Below are positions 46,217 to 55,249 of a stretch of 64,000 bases of DNA, piece after piece. How positions within the stretch are numbered: the first letter of the stretch is position 1; the number at the start of each line of letters is the position of its first letter. The DNA lies in the sequence record NC_041878.1, one strand, 5' to 3'. The notes beneath the pieces were generated by a model. The model saw only the letters and a list, made by a program, of their open reading frames with translations, was not told the DNA's origin and searched no databases. The position numbers and the translations under genes are program-made.

Positions 46217-46370
46217 TTGACGAGGGATGATGGAATTGATACTATAGCTACAAGTTAAGGAGACAGGCAACGGTCAAGCCTCTCAGCCACGTAGCCTGGA
46301 ACCTTAACAGTACTGCAATGATGGTTGCCCCCTGATTTGCAGTCCTCTTACCAGAGGTGTTCTCTTCATT
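46217..46370 (+). ncRNA. Promoter-fed structured small RNA candidate
   Basis: TTGACG-N17-TACTAT (46217-45); GTTAAGG/CCTTAAC, AGGC/GCCT, ACTGCAA/TTGCAGT, CCTCT/AGAGG. Confidence 0.45.
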
Positions 46371-46599
46371 GCTTAGGAAACATTAAGTACTAAGCGTGTT
46401 AAAAATTTGAAGTACTTTATAGTACTATGCAGTGTACATTCTACTAAGTCATCCTGCCAATAACTTTTGAATGTATAGTGCTAGTACTATATCTTTTTAA
46501 GTGAGAATATTAGTACTGTATAAGTACTGATGAATTACCAAAGTACAGATACAATGAGGGTATATGTTGTCTGAATTTTGGGTGTACTATCCCTATCTG

Positions 46600-46730
46600 C
46601 TATCTTCAGATGGATAGACTTCTGGCGGTGTAGATGGCTGGATGTTTAAACGTCTAGACTGCTATCCTTCTGGATGGCTAAAAGGCTAGATGGCTATCCG
46701 TATAGATGGATAGACGTTTAGACGGCTAAA
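46600..46730. repeat. Iteron-like short direct repeats (TAGATGGCTA / AGATGGATAGAC)
   Basis: At least 6 imperfect copies of T(A/G)GA(T/C)GG(C/A)T in about 130 bp. Confidence 0.6.
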
Positions 46731-46912
46731 TGATTTTTTCTGTCAAAATTCCATTAGCTCCCCTTCCGCGACTGGATAGAACCAGGCAGAATCGAAAGTC
46801 GTCTTTTCGTGTTGACAGGGATATAATACCACACTGAAAAACAATTGCAAGGGATTTTTTGCAGAAAAATAAATTTGACAAGTGAACCAGGATTATAGTA
46901 CTATATAAGCAA

Positions 46913-46946
46913 GCCAGAGAAATGGCCTAGCCCACAGGGTGCGGAG
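46913..46946 (+). repeat. Two-hairpin element copy 1
   Basis: GCC-AGAGAAAT-GGC + GCCCACAGGGTGCGGAG; TTGACA at 46875. Confidence 0.85.
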
Positions 46947-46984
46947 ATCCGTCTATTGCTTTTTATTTGAATTTTGGACACAAT

Positions 46985-47017
46985 TCCGCACCCTGTGGGT
47001 CAAGGAGTTTCGCCTCC
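46985..47017 (-). repeat. Two-hairpin element copy 2 (convergent with copy 1)
   Basis: GGAG-GCGAAA-CTCC + ACCCACAGGGTGCGGA; minus-strand TTGCAT-N17-CATAAT upstream. Confidence 0.85.
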
Positions 47018-47088
47018 ATGTAAAGTATTATGCCAGTACTGCGAACATAATGCAAGGACTTTTTACGATTTTCTTTAAAAAAGTTTCC

Positions 47089-47222
47089 CCTTCTATATAC
47101 GTATAAAGGAAGCGTTTAGAGCGTGTCAGATCCTGGGGCTTACAGTTTTGTACTTTATACTTTATAAAGCCGTGTAAAGCGTCCTATGCGTTCCTTGTAC
47201 GTGTATACGTATATAGAGAAGG
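47089..47222. repeat. Long imperfect inverted repeat
   Basis: CCTTCTATATACGTATA-AAGGAAGCG ... CGTTCCTT...TATACGTATATAGAGAAGG. Confidence 0.65.
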
Positions 47223-47266
47223 AAAAGCCTGTTAGAAAGAATCTTATAAAAACTTATATAAAGTAC

Positions 47267-47661
47267 TTGCAAAGGTTTTTTGGTGTGATAGTATTAATCC
47301 CGTCGAACAGGACAACGCTCTTTAAAAACTTGCTGGTGAATACTTAAACATGCCTCCAGGTACTTTGAAAAAAGAATCTGAGAGAATGAAAAAGTACTTG
47401 ACAGCAAGAATAGAAAGTGTAGAATGTTCAATATCGAAAGGCGGTAAGGTTCGCCGGATGGTAGGAAGCGGTAGCAGGGCGATAAAGTACTGCTACAGTG
47501 ATAAGCCGGAAGTGCTATCACAGCGTTATAAAGGTTAACATAACTGTTAACGTCCTATCTACTGCCTTTTGATTCTTTCAGTACGGTAAAAGGTACGAAA
47601 GAATAAAGATTCAGAAAGTTATCAAAAAGTACTTGACGGACTGAATCGCACGATGTAAGAT
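47267..47661 (+). promoter_or_regulatory. Three tandem early promoters with boxA
   Basis: TTGCAA..TAGTAT (47267-94), CGCTCTTTAAAA boxA-like (47316-27), TTGACA..TAGAAT (47398-425), TTGACG-N17-TAAGAT (47633-61). Confidence 0.75.
47437..47569 (+). ncRNA. Multibranch structured RNA / leader
   Basis: AAAGGCGGTA/TACTGCCTTT closing stem; inner GTAGCAG/CTGCTAC, GTGATA/TATCAC, GTTAAC/GTTAAC. Confidence 0.5.
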
Positions 47662-47722
47662 GTTAAGTAAGCCGAGTGGCTAACCCAAAATTCAAAATTT
47701 AACTTTTAAGAAGGTATATATC

Positions 47723-48400
47723 ATGACTACTACTAACAACGCTAAAGCTACCAAAGTTACCCTGAACTCTATCGTTTTCGCTCCGGCTCCGGTACTGCGT
47801 GAACTGAAAGAAGGTGAAAACTACACCAAAACCGAACTGAAAGCCCACGAAAAAGAAATGGGCGAATATCTCCGCACCACGTCGCACGATTTGGCGATGT
47901 ACCTGGTAAACAAAACCGACAATACTGATACCATTGTCAAACTGTTTGCCGCTACCGCCGAAGCGATCCCTACAGTACTGGCCGAAGTACTGAAACAGCG
48001 TGAAGAAGAAGAAGCCGCTAAACAGGCTGAACGCGAAAAAGCGGAAGAAGAAAAACGTCGCCTCGCTGAACAGGAAGAAAAAGAACTGCAAGCGAAGAAA
48101 GATGAAATGCTTAAACACATGACCGATGTTCTGGGGCTGGATCTGGATGTTGCGAAAGCTGCGGTTGAAACGGTGGCGAAAAAGCTGAACGTTGGCAACC
48201 ATACTAAAAACTCTTATGAGCGTGTAACCTGCACCATTGAAGGCAATCAGTACGATGTTCCGGTGCGTGGTAATATGTCTCAGGCACTGAAAGATCTGGC
48301 GGCGAAATATGGTTTCGCTGATGACCGCGATGGATTCATCGAAAAATTCCGCGATGAACCTGCAACTGCTGATGCTGACAAAGATACCGCCGAAGCGTAA
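47723..48400 (+). CDS. Abundant early protein, possibly H-NS/MvaT-like
   Basis: AAGGT RBS; strong host-optimal codons; E/K/A coiled coil ending LGLD; small C-terminal domain (YDVPVRGN...GFI). Confidence 0.8.
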   Translation: MTTTNNAKATKVTLNSIVFAPAPVLRELKEGENYTKTELKAHEKEMGEYLRTTSHDLAMYLVNKTDNTDTIVKLFAATAEAIPTVLAEVLKQREEEEAAKQAEREKAEEEKRRLAEQEEKELQAKKDEMLKHMTDVLGLDLDVAKAAVETVAKKLNVGNHTKNSYERVTCTIEGNQYDVPVRGNMSQALKDLAAKYGFADDRDGFIEKFRDEPATADADKDTAEA

Positions 48401-48549
48401 TATCAAAAGTAATGCGGCAAGGGGGCTAGAAAGCCCCCTGAGCCTTTCTAACAGTACTGTAATACCTTTCCTCAAAGTACTATTAGAAACGCTTAGAATC
48501 AATCCTACAGCGTTTTAAGATGTATACTTATTAAGTGAGAATAAACGCT

Positions 48550-48819
48550 ATGGAACTAAAACCACTTTCTGAACTCCGCGATAAAAAAACCATTGTCGCC
48601 AGGACAATGATCCACACTTCCCCACGTCAAAAGGTTTTATCTGGCTATCTGGTTTTTGTGCTGGATGGTAAACTAATACAACGTCGGATCTATGATATGG
48701 CCTATAATAGTACTTTTATGAGTGCTATGTATATAGTTTACAAAGGCGTTAACTATGCCGTAGATCTTGCATGTAAGACGATTAGCGGGGCTTTCAGCGT
48801 CGAAACGTTGAAAGTATAA
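48550..48819 (+). CDS. Hypothetical protein
   Basis: TAAGTGAG RBS, ATG 48550. Confidence 0.65.
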   Translation: MELKPLSELRDKKTIVARTMIHTSPRQKVLSGYLVFVLDGKLIQRRIYDMAYNSTFMSAMYIVYKGVNYAVDLACKTISGAFSVETLKV

Positions 48820-48954
48820 GCCTACAATCAAAAGCCCTTAGAAACGTTTCTAGGGGCTTTATATTTGATTTTAAAAAGTACTAAGAAAGTACTTGCAATT
48901 TATTTTTGAATCTGTAGAATACTCGTTATTGAAACACGTAACGAGATTTAAGAA

Positions 48955-49239
48955 ATGCAAGTAACACTGAACGGATTTACTTTTACAAAGAATGTTGATG
49001 GTACTGATAACATTCAGTCAGTACTTAAAAACAAAGATAATAAAGCATTAGGCGGGATTGTCAAAGATGCTAAGAAGATGGCAAACTTACAACGCCTGAA
49101 ACGTTCGCCTGATGTTCTGGTATTCCTGGCTAAAGTACAGGAAGAAACTGAAAAAGTTTACTTTGAACAAAAGAAACCAAAACCTTACAATAAGTACAAA
49201 AGGAAATTTAATCCTTGCATTCATTCTATAAATGTGTAG
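48955..49239 (+). CDS. Basic hypothetical protein
   Basis: Own promoter; 94 aa. Confidence 0.65.
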   Translation: MQVTLNGFTFTKNVDGTDNIQSVLKNKDNKALGGIVKDAKKMANLQRLKRSPDVLVFLAKVQEETEKVYFEQKKPKPYNKYKRKFNPCIHSINV

Positions 49240-49274
49240 AATGTCTTATATCGAAACGCGACGGAGTAAACAAG

Positions 49275-49664
49275 ATGGAAAGTAAAGCGAAGTTAGAACA
49301 ATACAGATTAGTACTTGATGTACTGATTCAAATGAAAGATTGTATTGACAAAGATGATACTTATACTACAGTACTGAATAAGTCATTCAATCTTTCTCGC
49401 TCCCTGGGTATCTGCTGGCATGTATATGTTCACACTCCACCAGCGGAGATCACTGGTATCGGATCGGACTATCTTGAACCTGCATTCATTGCGTTAGGGC
49501 TTGATCGTGAATATCCGGTTGAATGCCAGGTTGATACTGATTCGCCGCGAATCCTGCACTTTACACAACGTAACCTTTACGATCCTGATAACGAGTGCGG
49601 AAAGTTGCGGATCAAGTTGGTTAATGATTTGATTCAGTACTTTGAACAAAAGTTATCGCAGTAA
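49275..49664 (+). CDS. Hypothetical protein
   Basis: GGAG RBS, ATG 49275. Confidence 0.7.
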   Translation: MESKAKLEQYRLVLDVLIQMKDCIDKDDTYTTVLNKSFNLSRSLGICWHVYVHTPPAEITGIGSDYLEPAFIALGLDREYPVECQVDTDSPRILHFTQRNLYDPDNECGKLRIKLVNDLIQYFEQKLSQ

Positions 49665-49722
49665 AAATCTTTACAAAAAAGAGGTTGACTTCGGTTGGCC
49701 TCTTATAGTACTATATTAATAA

Positions 49723-49756
49723 GCCAGAACAAAGGCGTGACCCACAGGGTGCGGAG
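49723..49756 (+). repeat. Two-hairpin element copy 3
   Basis: GCC-AGAACAAA-GGC + ACCCACAGGGTGCGGAG; TTGACT at 49685. Confidence 0.85.
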
Positions 49757-49793
49757 ATCCGTTCAGTGAAAAGATAATGAATTTTAGATATAA

Positions 49794-49827
49794 CTCCGCA
49801 CCCTGTGGGTTAAGGAATTTCGCTTCC
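49794..49827 (-). repeat. Two-hairpin element copy 4 (convergent with copy 3)
   Basis: GGAA-GCGAAA-TTCC + ACCCACAGGGTGCGGAG; minus-strand TTGACA-N17-TATATT. Confidence 0.85.
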
Positions 49828-50087
49828 ATGAATAATAATATACCACTGCTGGAAAGTACTGTCAAGGAAAAAAACAGGGGAACTTTCATGTTCCCCCTAA
49901 ATGCGACAAAGGCATATATCGGACTTTGTGCGAGCTTCGTTGATCGCATGAGTACTATATCACAACGGCCAGGCGAGTGCAACTATTTGATCTGTGATAA
50001 AAATATACTTTCAAACGTGAAAAGTACTTGCAAAGAATGATTAAAGGAGTATACTTAACTTATCGAAACGAACAAGAGGATTTAAAA

Positions 50088-50360
50088 ATGGCTAGTTACA
50101 GTGCGTCAATGATTGTTAAGGATTTAGCAGGAAAGCCGTGTTTAGCTTGCGGTTCCTTTGGTAACATTGCGATAGATGGTAGATTATCTATTTCCAGGGC
50201 GATAGAGATAGCGGAGGAAAGTTTTAAGAAAGAATCCAAATTTCAAAACAGCGAATACTTGGGATTTGTAATTGAGAAAACTTCTCGATTCGTTGAATAT
50301 CGTAATCCGAGTATTATCGGTAATAAAGAAGTAAAAACTTTTAAAGAACTTGAACGATAA
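50088..50360 (+). CDS. Hypothetical early protein
   Basis: GAGGA RBS, own promoter. Confidence 0.7.
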   Translation: MASYSASMIVKDLAGKPCLACGSFGNIAIDGRLSISRAIEIAEESFKKESKFQNSEYLGFVIEKTSRFVEYRNPSIIGNKEVKTFKELER

Positions 50361-50423
50361 TACTTGCAAAGTGGGTAATGGTTTAGTACTATTACCCTAT
50401 CGAAACGAACTGAGGATTTAAAG

Positions 50424-50870
50424 ATGGGAACTCCAGCATGTATCGCAGTAATGAACGACAATAAAGAAGTTACTTGGACTTATGTTAACTATGACGGTTA
50501 TTTAAACGGCGTAGGTAGAATGTTGATCGAGCATTACAACGATCTGTCAATAGCTAAAAAATTAATTTCAATGGGTGATATTTCAACATTGAAGCGAACG
50601 ATGGATTGCCCCGTTGGTCACTCATTCGCTACACCTGCACCAAATTGCACAGTATTCTATGAGCGGGATCGTGGTGAAGATAATGTAAAACCACGTCACG
50701 GCGATTATGCTATGTTCCTGCGTTGTAATAAAGGTACAATTAGTTATATCTACACGGATGGACAATGGCACATAGTACGGGAAACAAGTAAACGCGGTGC
50801 AATTTTAGACCGTCATAAATTGTTAGTACTTGGCGAAGTGTTATCCGGTTTATATGATTTTTCGCGTTAA
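50424..50870 (+). CDS. Conserved phage hypothetical protein
   Basis: MGT...Y..YDGY..GVG..L..HY...LI..GDIS motif recalled from many phages. Confidence 0.75.
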   Translation: MGTPACIAVMNDNKEVTWTYVNYDGYLNGVGRMLIEHYNDLSIAKKLISMGDISTLKRTMDCPVGHSFATPAPNCTVFYERDRGEDNVKPRHGDYAMFLRCNKGTISYIYTDGQWHIVRETSKRGAILDRHKLLVLGEVLSGLYDFSR

Positions 50871-50946
50871 TTAAATTGTATATAGTACTTGCAAAATTCT
50901 GCGAGTACTATATAATTACTTATATCTTAAACGGGAGAACAAAGAA

Positions 50947-51402
50947 ATGAAAGCTATCGAATTTGAACAGAAAGTAAGAGAATCCTTTTTGAAGTACTTC
51001 CCGAACGGGCATATTCGTTTATCTAAACTTGCTTTAGGTGGCGGCTTACATATTGCTTGCGGCCTGATTGCAAACGTTAAAGAGATCACCGCAACGATCA
51101 GACAAAACGACCCGTTAAACGTTTCTATCTTTATTCATGATAACTATGTATTCAATGATTCAGAAACGGATCTTGATAATGTAGTACTTGAATTTGATAA
51201 TTCTCATGTATCGGTTATTCCTGATAATCCGCACATGTACAGCCAATCGCACAAGATCGCAGCACGTAAAATTAACGCTGCACCAGAAAAAGCACTGGTA
51301 AACCTGGATAAGTATTTTAAACGTGTTAAAGATGTTGTCACAGAGCAAGCGGCATTAAACCGGATTATCAAACAAGATACAATCGATCCTAAGTATCTGT
51401 AA
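50947..51402 (+). CDS. Hypothetical early protein
   Basis: GGGAG RBS, own promoter. Confidence 0.7.
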   Translation: MKAIEFEQKVRESFLKYFPNGHIRLSKLALGGGLHIACGLIANVKEITATIRQNDPLNVSIFIHDNYVFNDSETDLDNVVLEFDNSHVSVIPDNPHMYSQSHKIAARKINAAPEKALVNLDKYFKRVKDVVTEQAALNRIIKQDTIDPKYL

Positions 51403-51482
51403 AATTATTATCAAAAGTACTTGCAAAATGAATGCGAGTACTTTATAATAAAGTTACATTATTAATCAAGAGGAAGTAACAA

Positions 51483-51608
51483 ATGGTCACTATCGAAAAA
51501 GTAAAAGAAATGCTGGAAGAACTCCGCGATCAGGGTTTTGTTGTTGCTGATACTGATGACGAATTAGAAGCAGCGGCAGAAATAGCATTGACCGTTTTAA
51601 ATAGCTAA
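51483..51608 (+). CDS. Small acidic early protein (41 aa)
   Basis: GAGGA RBS, own promoter; read by eye. Confidence 0.6.
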   Translation: MVTIEKVKEMLEELRDQGFVVADTDDELEAAAEIALTVLNS

Positions 51609-51680
51609 TTAAAAATAGTACTTGCATTAATTTGTGAGTACTATATAATTACTTATATCGAAACAGCGGAGTAACTTGCA

Positions 51681-51908
51681 ATGATTGAATTTCGCAGAAC
51701 TATGGAAATGTCTATCACTATCACTGACCCACGTTATACTGAGAAAGAGATCGCGGAAGGGTTATCTGACGGCTCAATGAATATGGGCGAAGAAGATGGC
51801 GAAGATGCAGGAAAGATTTTTAATAGTGCATGGGATGAAATCGCTACTATTGATGATCTTCATGTATCGGATGTTATGACGCCGGATGTTCAATTTTCAG
51901 TGATTTAA
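51681..51908 (+). CDS. Small acidic early protein
   Basis: GGAG RBS, own promoter. Confidence 0.65.
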   Translation: MIEFRRTMEMSITITDPRYTEKEIAEGLSDGSMNMGEEDGEDAGKIFNSAWDEIATIDDLHVSDVMTPDVQFSVI

Positions 51909-51981
51909 TTATCAAAAGTACTTTGACAATTTTGTTAGAGTACTTTATAATTAACTTACATTAAGCGAGAGGATTTTAAAA

Positions 51982-52404
51982 ATGTTACAAGTCAGAGGTT
52001 ATGCGGAAGGTGGTTTCTGTTTCATGTTGGATGATAAAGCGGTATCAGTACATGAAGCATTATTAGCGAATGGGGGTAAGTTTCATAAGAGAACCATTAA
52101 CGCTCTTAATCGTAATAACCTGGCGAACGAACAAGATCTGGCAGAGTTTGAAAAGCTGGTAAAGGTTTTACATACTGGCTTAGATGCCTTTAATGCTCGT
52201 AAAGTACTGCGTGATCATTTCAATATTGATGTATTGAAGATTGAGAACTATTATATTTTAACTAGTTCTGAAATTTATGATCTCATGAAAGTATATGAGA
52301 TCTGTAAGTACAAAGTAAGTGTAAAAAGTCCTGCACACTCAACGATGTACTATTTCTTTGAGTACTTAAACCGGAAAGATGTTCGCCGCCTGGAAAGAAC
52401 ATAA
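51982..52404 (+). CDS. Hypothetical early protein
   Basis: GAGGA RBS, own promoter. Confidence 0.7.
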   Translation: MLQVRGYAEGGFCFMLDDKAVSVHEALLANGGKFHKRTINALNRNNLANEQDLAEFEKLVKVLHTGLDAFNARKVLRDHFNIDVLKIENYYILTSSEIYDLMKVYEICKYKVSVKSPAHSTMYYFFEYLNRKDVRRLERT

Positions 52405-52455
52405 TTCAAGAAAGGGGTTGACTTCGGTTAGCCCCTTCTGTATACTGTATTCATT

Positions 52456-52489
52456 GGCAGATAAAGCCGCAAGCCCATAGGGTGCGGAG
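52456..52489 (+). repeat. Two-hairpin element copy 5
   Basis: GGC-AGATAAA-GCC + GCCCATAGGGTGCGGAG; TTGACT-N17-TATACT (52418-46). Confidence 0.85.
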
Positions 52490-52585
52490 GTATGTCTGTA
52501 AGAATATAAATTTGAATAAAGTACTTGCAATCTATTTTAAAAGGCGTATACTTATCTATATCGAAACAACACAGAGGAAAACGAA

Positions 52586-52921
52586 ATGGAACAGACTACC
52601 CTGGTAAATGAAGATGCAATCATTGATTGTCTCCTGAATGTAATCCTTAACGCTGGCTATTGTGTAAGCGTGAATGATGGGGAATGTACTGTTATTAATC
52701 GCAGTACTGACAAAGAAGAGATTATGTCTGAGCTTCGCGGTACAGACAGCGATTGGATCAGAATTTATAAACCTGGTGAAGCCTACCATGTTGGATCTGT
52801 TGAACTGATTTACAACAATGGATCGGACGGATTAGATCTTATCAGTAATACAGCGGCAAGTGATTTAGAAGCCCTGGATGAATTACTTATTCCAGTATAT
52901 GAATTGATTGATACGCTGTAA
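52586..52921 (+). CDS. Conserved phage hypothetical protein
   Basis: GAGGA RBS; LIYNNG...LISN motif. Confidence 0.7.
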   Translation: MEQTTLVNEDAIIDCLLNVILNAGYCVSVNDGECTVINRSTDKEEIMSELRGTDSDWIRIYKPGEAYHVGSVELIYNNGSDGLDLISNTAASDLEALDELLIPVYELIDTL

Positions 52922-52990
52922 ACATTATCAAAAGTACTTGCAATTAGAAAGCGAGTACTTTATAATGATTATATTAAATCAGGAGGATAT

Positions 52991-53158
52991 ATGGACGAAC
53001 TTTTAAAACTCTGGCAACAATTCAGTACTGTATCAGTTAACGATGATGATGAAATTGAAGAATCATTTTTGCACTTTGAAAAGGGAACAGACAGATTAGA
53101 AGTGTGGAAATGGTTTGAGAATCAGAATCCTGATTTTAAAGTATCTGATTTAGTTTAA
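52991..53158 (+). CDS. Small conserved phage protein (55 aa)
   Basis: AGGAGG RBS; LW..F....NDDDEIEE.FLHF..GT.R.EVW.WF. Confidence 0.65.
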   Translation: MDELLKLWQQFSTVSVNDDDEIEESFLHFEKGTDRLEVWKWFENQNPDFKVSDLV

Positions 53159-53241
53159 TGTAAACATTATCAAAAGTACTTTACTTATTTTGTAGAGTAC
53201 TTTATAATGATTATAGTTAATTAAGAGAGAGGGTTTAAGAA

Positions 53242-53421
53242 ATGAAATTATATGCTTATGCGTCTAATAGTGGTGAAGCTATTGCAGTTGGTAGATCTGA
53301 GCGTGGTGCTAAATCTACTGCTACTAAAAACAAAAGTACTGAAATAGGTTATATCAGTACTATTAACAATATGTACATTCCTACTCATAAAAAAATTAAT
53401 AATAAGTGGGTATCAATTTAA
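53242..53421 (+). CDS. Small early protein (59 aa)
   Basis: GAGG RBS, own promoter; read by eye. Confidence 0.6.
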   Translation: MKLYAYASNSGEAIAVGRSERGAKSTATKNKSTEIGYISTINNMYIPTHKKINNKWVSI

Positions 53422-53493
53422 TGTATATAAGTACTTGCAAGTTATTTGTGAGTACTATATAATGATTGTACTTTAAGTGAGAGGAAAGAAAAC

Positions 53494-53865
53494 ATGAATC
53501 CAGTATATGAAATCCAGGCAGATATTTTCAACACGTTCTCTGAGATCGTTACACGTGGTCATGATGAGGAATCATACAAAAGAGAACAGGCCAGAATCCA
53601 GAATGATATTAACCGCCTTAAATTAGTGCGGGATCGTTATGCCTGTAATACTCTTATGACTAGCATGTTTTGCAATGTCATGTTGCGTAAAATGTGCCTG
53701 GCTTATCGTTATGAGGGTATTCTTTATTGTACGGCTAATAATGTCCCTGGCCGTCCAAATACTGACTACTTACATACATTAAACTTAACATCGGATCAAT
53801 GGGATAGTTTAAAACAATTCCATGTATGGATCAGTACTGGCGATGTATACGCTCCAGTGCCTTAA
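53494..53865 (+). CDS. Hypothetical early protein
   Basis: GAGGA RBS, own promoter. Confidence 0.7.
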   Translation: MNPVYEIQADIFNTFSEIVTRGHDEESYKREQARIQNDINRLKLVRDRYACNTLMTSMFCNVMLRKMCLAYRYEGILYCTANNVPGRPNTDYLHTLNLTSDQWDSLKQFHVWISTGDVYAPVP

Positions 53866-53911
53866 TTAACTATAGGGGAACATTGTTCCCCTTTTTAAGT
53901 GAGATCCGCCT

Positions 53912-54166
53912 ATGAATATTTTTTATCAAACTAACAGGTTATGCGTTGCATTTGATTGTGATTCTGATAAAATACAATGCGTAATCTACCGGAAAGGAAC
54001 GGCGGTATATGATAACTGGAAAGTACTACAATCATATACAATGCGGCGTAAAGGTTTTAAACGCCTGGATAATCGAACACAGAAAGCGGCCTTGCGACAA
54101 ATGATCAAAGCAATGCGGAACCGTCAAACAATGGCTTTAAACATTGCACTTAACAGTAAGGAATGA
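53912..54166 (+). CDS. Basic hypothetical protein
   Basis: 84 aa. Confidence 0.6.
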   Translation: MNIFYQTNRLCVAFDCDSDKIQCVIYRKGTAVYDNWKVLQSYTMRRKGFKRLDNRTQKAALRQMIKAMRNRQTMALNIALNSKE

Positions 54167-54170
54167 TACA

Positions 54171-54329
54171 ATGATTCATGATGTGGTTATTACTCTGACA
54201 GTACAATCTGATAATGAAGTACTGACTAACGACGAAATTATAAAGGCGATGGAAGAAAAACTATCCCTGATGAAAGCCGAACCGCAAATGGTTAAAGAGC
54301 TTGCGGAATCCGCAGAAGTGTTTGATTAA
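54171..54329 (+). CDS. Small hypothetical protein
   Basis: AAGGA RBS, ATG 54171. Confidence 0.55.
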   Translation: MIHDVVITLTVQSDNEVLTNDEIIKAMEEKLSLMKAEPQMVKELAESAEVFD

Positions 54330-54391
54330 TTAAAAAAGGGGTTGACATATGTTAGCCCCTTCTGTATACTGTATTCATTGAAATAAATTAG

Positions 54392-54407
54392 CCCACAGGG
54401 TGCGGAG
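54392..54407 (+). repeat. Two-hairpin element copy 6 (first hairpin absent)
   Basis: CCCACAGGGTGCGGAG; TTGACA-N17-TATACT (54342-70). Confidence 0.8.
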
Positions 54408-54618
54408 ATGTATCTATTAAAAAAGTACTGTATACTTAACCAGTACCTATCAAATATAAATTCAAACGAAAAAAGTACTTGCAATGGATGATAAAAGGAG
54501 TATAATTGTTTACATGGAAGGGCAAGAGGTGAAAGGTAATGAGTCGCAGTACTGAAATAGTTCTGTTTATCTTTGTACTAGTAGCACTATCTATTAATTT
54601 TAATTGAGAGGATTCAAA

Positions 54619-54852
54619 ATGTCTTTATATGATGTAACTGTAAACAGTACTGGTATTGGTCGTTCTGGTACTACTAAGATGCTGGCTGTTGCTTTCTTTC
54701 CTCATATGAATGAAGCAAGACAAGGTATCAATGAGTGGGTATCAGAGAACTTTGTTGCTCCGGTAACTGTGAGTGTTGAATTAAAATCTCACTCAAATAT
54801 TATCTATCCATCAGAAGTCCAGGGATATGAGCGTATTGTAATTATTGAATAA
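54619..54852 (+). CDS. Hypothetical early protein
   Basis: GAGGA RBS, ATG 54619. Confidence 0.65.
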   Translation: MSLYDVTVNSTGIGRSGTTKMLAVAFFPHMNEARQGINEWVSENFVAPVTVSVELKSHSNIIYPSEVQGYERIVIIE

Positions 54853-54923
54853 TTCATTAAAAGTACTTTGACAAAATGGTTAGAGTACTTTATAATGTAG
54901 TTATTGAGTGGGGAGGAAACAAA

Positions 54924-55034
54924 ATGCAATTTGTTTTCGGTGCAATTAGTGGTGTACTGATTTATCTGAATTGGGATGTTATCAGTCCCTGGATTGAATC
55001 AGTACTGAAATTTACATTAACCTTTTTTAATTGA
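54924..55034 (+). CDS. Small membrane peptide (36 aa)
   Basis: GGAGG RBS, own promoter. Confidence 0.5.
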   Translation: MQFVFGAISGVLIYLNWDVISPWIESVLKFTLTFFN

Positions 55035-55045
55035 GAGAAACAAAA

Positions 55046-55249
55046 ATGGCACAGAAAGATCGTCGTTATGCTATCGCTGCTGAGTTCACTGGTCACGCTT
55101 CTGGTAAGAAACGTTTTGTACTGCGTTTTGAAGGTACTCGCGTATCCGATCATGGTTCCCGTTATGAAGCGGAACAGGAGATCGCGAAGTACAAGAAAGC
55201 GGGTACTATCCCTAACGTGAATGGTTCACGTTTGCTGGTGGAGGCGTAA
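55046..55249 (+). CDS. Small conserved phage protein
   Basis: EFTGH...FVLRF motif. Confidence 0.65.
   Translation: MAQKDRRYAIAAEFTGHASGKKRFVLRFEGTRVSDHGSRYEAEQEIAKYKKAGTIPNVNGSRLLVEA

Larger units (their letters stand above)
45564..47722. other. 2.1-kb non-coding region at the late/early boundary (candidate genome end or origin)
   Basis: No credible ORF; strand switch; short direct repeats, long inverted repeat, multiple promoters. Confidence 0.6.

Noticed and set aside
47699-48502. 267-aa minus-strand ORF
   Set aside because: Antisense shadow of the codon-biased 47723..48400 gene; Phe-rich and without RBS.
49716-50040. ORFs 49716-49982(-) and 49777-50040(+)
   Set aside because: They run through the convergent promoter/element module and the next promoter, with no RBS.
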